Of a stretch of 20,599 nucleotides of DNA, positions 1 through 6,230 are shown piece by piece. The DNA is from a bacterium (lineage in GTDB: Bacteria; Arandabacterota; Arandabacteria; Arandabacterales; JALGWA01), in the NCBI GenBank assembly GCA_050125095.1, contig JASFEA010000043.1:1-20599 (forward strand), given 5' to 3'. The notes beneath the pieces are model-generated. The model saw only the letters and a list, made by a program, of their open reading frames with translations. It was not told the DNA's origin and searched no databases. Position 1 is the stretch's first letter. The number at the start of each line of letters is the position of its first letter. A program made the translations under genes and the position numbers.

Positions 1-1
1 A

Positions 2-658
2 CTCGGTCATGGTGTTAAACGGGTTCGGCCTGTTGTGTGATACCGCGAACCGGCCTGGGACCGTATCCATGCCGTCGGGCTTGCCTGCGAAGATCTGCTG
101 ATCCTCGGCGCTTCCGCCGGCGCCCATGCCGCGGAACTCGATTTCGTCGATATAGACGTCATCGATGTTTCCGCTGGCATCGCACATGTCGCCGCCGCAG
201 GCGCATATCTCGAGGGCGGAGCAGTACTGGGAGTAGCTCGGGCGCCGGTCATCGTACGTGGTCGCCCCCACGGCTATCACCTGCGAGTACGCCGCCGGAT
301 AAGATACCTTCCCCGTGCCGGAGTTCCCCGACGACGCGAGGAGCACAACGCCCGCGTTATATGCATACGTAATGGCGTTCGACACGGTCGATCCCGGGTT
401 ATAGCCCGGAGGCCAGCCCAGGCTCGTATTGATGACCTGGGCCCCGTGGTCGGCCGCCCAGTAAAGGCCGTCGGCCAGCGACTGCGCCGAGCCCGATCCC
501 GAGTAATCCAGGACCTTGACGGGCATCAGCGTGCAGTTGAACGCCATGTCCGCGACTCCCTGGCTGTTGTTCATGGTCCGGGTCACGGTGCCGGCGACAT
601 GCGTGCCATGCGCGCAGTTGTCATTGGGATGGGTGTCTTTGTTTATGAAGCCATAGCC
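2..658 (-). pseudogene. Degenerate S8 (subtilisin/thermitase-like) peptidase fragment fused to a PNPFN-type C-terminal domain; runs off the left edge
   Basis: Not in the ORF track. Manual translation: GYGFINKDTHPNDNCAHGTHVAGTVTRTMNNSQGVADMAFNCTLMPVKVLDYSGSG...VINTSLG...LLASSGNSG...SYPAAYSQVIAVGATT...ACGGDMCDASGNIDDVYIDEIEFRG...HNRPNPFNTMTE. It has the HGTHVAG His motif (590-610) and the oxyanion-hole SGN. It lacks the catalytic Asp (DTG) and GTSMA Ser motifs. There is an in-frame TAG at 728-730 and no start codon before the His motif. Confidence 0.75.
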
Positions 659-705
659 CGACTTCGCCCGCCGGCGCGGCGCTCCGCCGCCCCGCCAGTT
701 GGGGC

Positions 706-734
706 TTGTGGCATCCGGGGCGAGTTGCTAGAAT
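706..734 (+). promoter_or_regulatory. Putative sigma70 promoter of bpsA-speD
   Basis: TTGTGG (706-711), 17-bp spacer, TAGAAT (729-734) with an extended -10 TG, just upstream of bpsA. Confidence 0.45.
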
Positions 735-761
735 AACTGCCAGTATTCCGTCGGGTCTTGC

Positions 762-1769
762 GTGGGGGAGAACTTGGCCAGGATTACCAGGAACGAAGAG
801 AAAGTGCTCGCCGAGATGCTCAACTCATCGGATCCCTGGCGTGTCGCGGGGCACGCCAAAGTCGACTTCGCTCATTATGTCAAGACTCTGAAGACCCTCG
901 TCAAGAAGGGCTTCATTTCAATAGAGGGCGCCGAGATACTGCTCACCGAAAAAGGCATGAAGCTCGTGCGCGACATCAACCTGCTCCCGGCGGAGGAGAT
1001 ATCCGGCAGGGTCGAGACCGCCAGGAAGGATTTCATCAAGGTAATCCGCAGGAGGCCTAGAACCGCAGCGATTTACGACCAGGGTTACATGACCCTGAAC
1101 TCCGTCTTCAGGCGCGTGAGCCTCATTGCGAGAATGGGGGACGCAAGCGGCAAGAGAATCGCCGTCCTCGGCGACGACGATCTCATGTCGGTGGCGCTAT
1201 GTCTGACCGTTCAGCCGCGCCATGTGAACGTCCTGGAGGTCGACGAGAGGCTCGTCAACCTCATCGGAGAAGTCGCAGGGGAATCGGGACTTCCCATAAC
1301 GGTGGACCGCTGGGACCTTCGCGATCCGCTGCCGGCCAAATACAAGGGGCAATTCGACACATTCGTGACCGACCCATCGGAGACCATGCCCGGGCTCAAG
1401 ATGTTCCTGGGCCGCGCGCTTTTCACCCTGCGCGCGGGCGAGGGCGGGGCCGGCTACTTCGGCCTCACGGCCATCGAGGCCTCTTACAAGAAATGGGGCG
1501 CGTTTCAGCAGTGGCTCTTGAAGACCTACCCTCTGGCCATAACCCACATACTCCCCGGCTACGCTTACTACGACAACTGGACCGGCCTGGCCAAGCAGAC
1601 GAAGGGCTACGGGCTGGATCCCTTCAAGAGCATGCCACAGGCCACCTGGTTCAACTCGGCCCTGGTGAGGCTCGAGACCCTCACGGGTTTCGCCCCGAAG
1701 CAGACCGGGAAGACGCGGGGTACGATATTCGAAGACGACGAATCCTGCGGAACGACCAAGGAAGTGTGA
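762..1769 (+). CDS. bpsA: N4-bis(aminopropyl)spermidine synthase / branched-chain polyamine synthase (DUF43 family)
   Basis: Motifs YDQGYMT, RIAVLGDDDLMSVAL, LEVDERL, DLRDPLP, FDTFVTDPSET, GYFGLT, NW, WFNS and C-terminal DDES match BpsA of Thermococcus-type thermophiles. An N-terminal winged-helix-like segment is present (LTEKG). Start is GTG 762 or TTG 774. Confidence 0.88.
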   Translation: MGENLARITRNEEKVLAEMLNSSDPWRVAGHAKVDFAHYVKTLKTLVKKGFISIEGAEILLTEKGMKLVRDINLLPAEEISGRVETARKDFIKVIRRRPRTAAIYDQGYMTLNSVFRRVSLIARMGDASGKRIAVLGDDDLMSVALCLTVQPRHVNVLEVDERLVNLIGEVAGESGLPITVDRWDLRDPLPAKYKGQFDTFVTDPSETMPGLKMFLGRALFTLRAGEGGAGYFGLTAIEASYKKWGAFQQWLLKTYPLAITHILPGYAYYDNWTGLAKQTKGYGLDPFKSMPQATWFNSALVRLETLTGFAPKQTGKTRGTIFEDDESCGTTKEV

Positions 1770-2146
1770 TGGCATTCGGCACGAAACGCGGGCCGGCGCC
1801 TGTCCCGGGCAAGCATATCATATTGGAGATGTGGGACGCCAATAACACCAACTCGCCCGAAGCCATCAGGTCCGCGATCACCGAGGCCTGTGACAGGGGC
1901 AACCTTCGGCTCCTCAAGGTTCTCATTCACCAGTTCGAACCCATCGGCATATCGGGCGTCGCCATGATCGCCGAGTCACATATAACGATCCACACCTGGC
2001 CCGAGTACTCCTTTATTGCGGTGGACATCTACACCTCCAAGAAGGGCGCCGATATCGACAGGGTGGCCCAGGCCATGAAGGCCGCCTTCTCGCCGGGGCA
2101 GGTGAACCAGGTGGAGATCCAGCGCGGCAAGGGACGGCAACCCTAG
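1769..2146 (+). CDS. speD: S-adenosylmethionine decarboxylase proenzyme (class 1B, pyruvoyl-dependent)
   Basis: GKHIILEMW, HQFEPIGISGVAMIAE-SHITIHTWPE self-cleavage site, DIYT, and a terminal RG. The ATG at 1769 overlaps the bpsA stop (TGATG). The longer 1199 start in the track is a shadow inside bpsA. Confidence 0.88.
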   Translation: MAFGTKRGPAPVPGKHIILEMWDANNTNSPEAIRSAITEACDRGNLRLLKVLIHQFEPIGISGVAMIAESHITIHTWPEYSFIAVDIYTSKKGADIDRVAQAMKAAFSPGQVNQVEIQRGKGRQP

Positions 2147-3870
2147 GCGATCTTCTTGCCCCTGCGGGTAGTGGCGCGGTAGAGGTTGGTTATGGGCATC
2201 CGCCTGTCCTTGCCGAACGCCCTGGGGGTTATCCTTATGCCGGGCGGCCCCTGCCTCCGCTTGTACTCATTGCTGTCGACCATGTTGGCGACCTTGACGA
2301 CGAGCGATTTCTTGAAGCCCTCCTTGGCGATCCGGCCGATCGACATGTCCTCCTCAACGTACATGCCGAGAACGGGGTCCAGCACTTCGTAGGGCGGAAG
2401 CGCGTCCTCGTCTTTCTGATCGGCCCTGAGTTCGGCCGAAGGCGGCTTGGTGAAAACGCTCTCGGGAAACACCTTCTTGCGTTTGCCGTTCCGGTGGCGG
2501 GCAAGGTGGTAGACCAGCGTCTTGGGAACGTCTTTTAAGACCGCAAGGCCCCCGGCGAGGTCGCCGTAGAGCGTGCAATATCCCACCGCGAGCTCGCTCT
2601 TGTTGCCGGTGGCAAGCATGAGCCAGTTGTTCTTGTTGGCCAGGGCCATGAGGATATTGCCGCGTATGCGCGCCTGTATGTTTTCCTCGGTTACGTCCGG
2701 CTTGGTGCCTCTGAATACCGGCGCGAGCGTCTTGAGGTATGATTTGAATATGGGCTCTATCTTAACGGTCTGGAGCTTTATGCCCAGGTTCCCGGCGACG
2801 GCGCGTGCGTCGGTTATGCTGTGGTCCGAGGAATAGCGCGAGGGCATTGAGACGCCTACGACATTGGCCTTGCCCACCGCGTCCGCCGCTATGGCCGCAA
2901 CGAGCGTCGAGTCGATGCCGCCGCTCAAGCCGATGACGACTTTCTTGAACCCGTTCTTGCGTATGTAGTCCCTGGTGCCCAGGACGAGGGCGGCGTATAT
3001 CTCGGGCAGCACCTGCAGGGACTTTTCGACCCTGAGCGCTATCTTCTTCCTGCGTTCCCTGGGTTTTACCTGATGGTCGGCCGTGTCCACGCGGAGGCCG
3101 TGACCCCTTCGCTCCCAGCCAACGCGGCTCTTCTCCCTTCCCGGTATGTCTTCGATGTCGGCTACCAGGAGGTCCTCGGCGAACTGCTTGGCCTGCGCGA
3201 TCACCTTGCCCGCGGGGTCGATGACCATGCTCTGGCCGTCGAAGACGAGCTCGTCCTGCCCGCCGACCAGGTTCACGTAAGCCACATAGGCATTATTGGA
3301 CACCGCGCGCTGGCCGAGCAGCCCGGCCCGCGCGCTTCCCTTGCCTACGTGATAAGGAGACGAAGAAATATTGAGAAGTATGGACGCCCTGCCCTCCCAG
3401 GCCTGCACCGCGGGGACGTCCTCGGACCAGATATCCTCGCATACGCTGATGCCCATCCTGGTGCCGCTCAGGTTCAGGACGCAGACCTTGCGCGCGGGCT
3501 TGAAGTAGCGCCTCTCGTCGAAGACCCCATAGTTGGGAAGGTGGACCTTGTTGCATTTGAACACGACGCGCCCGTCGCTTACCACTGCCGCCGTATTGAA
3601 GACGTCTCTGGCGGCGCAGGGTACGCCGACCACCGCCGTGATCCCCTTAACCCTCTTGGCCAGGGCATACAGGGCATCGGCGCAATCCGACAGGAAATGC
3701 TTCTTGAAAAGGAGATCCTCCGGAGGATAACCCGATATGGCCAGTTCGGGAAATGCGACAAGGTCGGCCTGGGCCTTCTTGGCCCTGTCGACCCACTTGA
3801 TGATCTTCTTCGAATTGCCGGCGATGTCGCCGACTTTGAAATTGACCTGCGCGAGGGCAATCCTCAGCAT
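2143..3870 (-). CDS. nadE: Glutamine-dependent NAD+ synthetase
   Basis: Nitrilase-like domain with the E-K-C triad (FPELA, NKVHLPNY, CEDIW). Synthetase domain has SGGIDS, ENIQARIRG, TGNKSE, GYCTLYGD, PSAEL and EYKRRQ. ATG 3870 is preferred (GGAG 10 nt upstream); GTG 3879 is an alternative. Confidence 0.96.
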   Translation of the reverse strand: MLRIALAQVNFKVGDIAGNSKKIIKWVDRAKKAQADLVAFPELAISGYPPEDLLFKKHFLSDCADALYALAKRVKGITAVVGVPCAARDVFNTAAVVSDGRVVFKCNKVHLPNYGVFDERRYFKPARKVCVLNLSGTRMGISVCEDIWSEDVPAVQAWEGRASILLNISSSPYHVGKGSARAGLLGQRAVSNNAYVAYVNLVGGQDELVFDGQSMVIDPAGKVIAQAKQFAEDLLVADIEDIPGREKSRVGWERRGHGLRVDTADHQVKPRERRKKIALRVEKSLQVLPEIYAALVLGTRDYIRKNGFKKVVIGLSGGIDSTLVAAIAADAVGKANVVGVSMPSRYSSDHSITDARAVAGNLGIKLQTVKIEPIFKSYLKTLAPVFRGTKPDVTEENIQARIRGNILMALANKNNWLMLATGNKSELAVGYCTLYGDLAGGLAVLKDVPKTLVYHLARHRNGKRKKVFPESVFTKPPSAELRADQKDEDALPPYEVLDPVLGMYVEEDMSIGRIAKEGFKKSLVVKVANMVDSNEYKRRQGPPGIRITPRAFGKDRRMPITNLYRATTRRGKKIA

Positions 3871-3899
3871 TCTGGACACTCTCCGTCAGGAGCCAAGCA

Positions 3900-3929
3900 A
3901 TAATAGAATATCCCCGTGCCTCCTGACAA
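3900..3929 (-). promoter_or_regulatory. Putative sigma70 promoter of nadE
   Basis: Minus strand TTGTCA (3929-3924), 18-bp spacer, TATTAT (3905-3900). Confidence 0.45.
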
Positions 3930-3966
3930 GATTAATGTGGGGGCACAGGGGGCCTGCCGGTTCTTC

Positions 3967-3995
3967 TTGAAAACCGGAGCTCTAATATGTACGCT
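3967..3995 (+). promoter_or_regulatory. Putative sigma70 promoter of the AI-2E transporter
   Basis: TTGAAA (3967-3972), 17-bp spacer, TACGCT (3990-3995), in the divergent intergenic region. Confidence 0.45.
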
Positions 3996-4019
3996 CAGGC
4001 CGACTCGGAGGATCGGGGC

Positions 4020-5129
4020 ATGACCCGCAAGCAGCAGATAGCGCTGGCCATATTCGCGGCATTCGTCGTAGTTATTTTCTACATCTTCTACCTAATTCTG
4101 AGGCCCTACCTTTCCTATCTCATATGGGGAGCCCTGCTGGCCCTTATCGCCAATCCGCTCAACAGGCGGTTCCGGGACAGGATTTCCAACGACAATCTCA
4201 GGGCGATGCTTCTCTCGATAATCGTCGTGGCCCTCATAATCGTGCCCGTCATCCTTCTTGTGCTGGGGCTTGTCGGCGAGGCCAGCGACATGTACGCAGC
4301 TTTCAGGGAAGCCTCGGCAGAGGGCAAGTACGACTTCGTACTCAGGCCGGAGGCCTACGGCTGGAACGAGAAGCTCGGCGAATTCCTGGCCCCATACATA
4401 GACACAACCAGGCTCGACATAGAGGGGTGGATCTCCGGGAATCTCCAGAGGATCACGTCTTTCCTCGCCGGGAAGGTATCGTCCGTGGTCGGCAATGTCT
4501 CCATGGCCATCGTGAGCTTCGTCTTTATCGTGTTCTCCATGTTCTTCTTCATAAGAGACGGGAACAAGATCGCCGACTACACGTGGGACCTTCTGCCCAT
4601 GTCGGATGACCTCAAGGAAAAACTCGCCACTCATCAGCTGGAGGTCGTCGAGGCGTCCATATACGGGGGCCTCATGATCGCGGCCGTGCAGGGCGGGCTC
4701 GGAGCGCTCGTTTTCTGGATCCTCGGGCTTCCATCGCCCCTCTTCTGGGGCGTTGTGATGGCCTTCCTCTCTGTGATCCCGCTCGTGGGGCCATGGGTTG
4801 TCTACATACCCGCCGCGGCCATACTCGCCCTGTCGGGGAGCTGGGTGAAGGGAGGCATACTGCTGGCCATCGGGACCATCGTCGTGAGCCAGGCCGACAA
4901 CTTCTTGAGGCCGGTTATAGTCGGCAAGCGGGCAAAAATACCGACGCTCATTCTGCTCTTCAGCATACTCGGGGGGATAAAGCTCTTCGGCCTGCTGGGG
5001 ATACTGCTCGGTCCCATCATCGCTTCGATGGTGCTTACGCTGGTTCAGTTCTATCACGGCCTCAACGCCAGCGACGCGGACGCGACTCCCGACGAGGACG
5101 CACCCGGCGAGGCCGGCACCGCCCTATAG
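4020..5129 (+). CDS. AI-2E family transporter (PerM/YdiK-like)
   Basis: Multiple TM segments plus FFFIRDG, SVIPLVGP, DNFLRP and GGIKLFGLLGILLGPII family motifs. GGAGGA RBS precedes ATG 4020; the track start at 3987 lies within the putative promoter. Confidence 0.9.
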   Translation: MTRKQQIALAIFAAFVVVIFYIFYLILRPYLSYLIWGALLALIANPLNRRFRDRISNDNLRAMLLSIIVVALIIVPVILLVLGLVGEASDMYAAFREASAEGKYDFVLRPEAYGWNEKLGEFLAPYIDTTRLDIEGWISGNLQRITSFLAGKVSSVVGNVSMAIVSFVFIVFSMFFFIRDGNKIADYTWDLLPMSDDLKEKLATHQLEVVEASIYGGLMIAAVQGGLGALVFWILGLPSPLFWGVVMAFLSVIPLVGPWVVYIPAAAILALSGSWVKGGILLAIGTIVVSQADNFLRPVIVGKRAKIPTLILLFSILGGIKLFGLLGILLGPIIASMVLTLVQFYHGLNASDADATPDEDAPGEAGTAL

Positions 5130-5171
5130 GCAGGCAGACCCCGAGCTCATTCATGTATTAGCCGGCCAGGC

Positions 5172-6059
5172 CTATTCCACTTCGTTGCCCACCTTGAAAA
5201 CCAGCCCGAGGGCCAGCGCGTCCCTCATCTGAACCGCGGTGCTTACGTCGCGGTCATAGACGAGGTTATAGTCGAAGGTGACGTCAACGTACGGAGCCAC
5301 CGCGGCGGCTAGGGAATTGTCCCACTTGACGTCGACGTCCTTGAATCCTTCCATATTGGAGAAGAAGTTCACTCTCGTGAAATAAACCAGCTTCTCGCTG
5401 ATCTCATAACCGAAGTCGGTGACCCATTCGGCGCCGTACTCGGCCCGGAGAGCCTCCTTCTCGTCAGTGTCGGGATCGTCGCTGAACGCGCGGAACTCGT
5501 TCGTGATAGTCTGCTTGGCGGCGAAGCCGATTCTCGTCTGCCATTCAGCCCAGTAGTTGTAGCTCATTCCGGCGCTCTCGGTGAAGTAACCGGGATCCAT
5601 GAAGTTGGAGATGGCGACCCCGCTGGTGTCCGTATACTCGTAGCCTTTGGCGAACTGTGTCTCCCAGTAGAGAGCCGCATAAGCGCCGAGCGGGCCGTTG
5701 AGTTTGGCGCCCACCTTGCTCTCGAGCTTGATCTCGTCCACCGACTTGCGGGAATCCTCATCGCCCTGCTTGGTTCTGCCATATCCGAGTTTGAACCAGT
5801 TGGACCAGTCGTACGCCTCCTGGTCGTAGAGGAACCTTCCGGTCGTAGTGAGCTGCCAGGCCAGGGCGTTCTCGCCTCCCGGGGCCCAGTTGGAGAAACC
5901 GGCCTGGGTGAGCTTGAAGCCGCCCAGTAAACCGTTCTTCCAACCGTATGTGGGCGCCTCCTCTTCGCCCTCAGCGAACGCGGGGCTCGTTACAGCCATG
6001 GCAGCCAACATTACGGCCGGGATCATGACCGGAACAACTACCTTGATAAGAAGCTTCAC
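5172..6059 (-). CDS. DUF3078-like secreted / outer-membrane beta-barrel protein
   Basis: Signal peptide ending AFA, then LTQAGFSNWAPGGEN, LGYGRTK, RKSVDEI, TQFAKGY and ISNFMDPGY motifs with amphipathic beta-strands. GGAGGTGA RBS precedes GTG 6059. Confidence 0.78.
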   Translation of the reverse strand: MKLLIKVVVPVMIPAVMLAAMAVTSPAFAEGEEEAPTYGWKNGLLGGFKLTQAGFSNWAPGGENALAWQLTTTGRFLYDQEAYDWSNWFKLGYGRTKQGDEDSRKSVDEIKLESKVGAKLNGPLGAYAALYWETQFAKGYEYTDTSGVAISNFMDPGYFTESAGMSYNYWAEWQTRIGFAAKQTITNEFRAFSDDPDTDEKEALRAEYGAEWVTDFGYEISEKLVYFTRVNFFSNMEGFKDVDVKWDNSLAAAVAPYVDVTFDYNLVYDRDVSTAVQMRDALALGLVFKVGNEVE

Positions 6060-6172
6060 AATATCACCTCCGATTCGAGAATGGGTTGGAGTCACTTCGC
6101 CGGACACCCGGGGACATGATCAGAAAGCCGGGCGAATCCTGATTTATGCCGAAACGGGGTAGATCCGGCGAC

Positions 6173-6206
6173 AGAAAGCACGGCCCCCCGTCTATGAGGG
6201 AGGCCG
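6173..6206 (-). terminator. Putative intrinsic terminator after the pullulanase gene
   Basis: Minus-strand 9-bp stem CGGCCUCCC/GGGGGGCCG (one U-G pair) with an 8-nt loop, followed by UGCUUUCU, 25 nt after the stop codon. Confidence 0.55.
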
Positions 6207-6230
6207 CACTCAGTCAACCGGCCACACATC

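Noticed and set aside
7-736. Track ORFs 7-252, 37-372 and 446-736
   Set aside because: These are alternative frames of the minus-strand S8 relic, which carries the real protein motifs.
1199-1768. 315-aa ORF suggesting a long N-terminal extension of SpeD
   Set aside because: The extension is an Arg/Gly-rich shadow frame inside bpsA. SpeD similarity begins only at ATG 1769.
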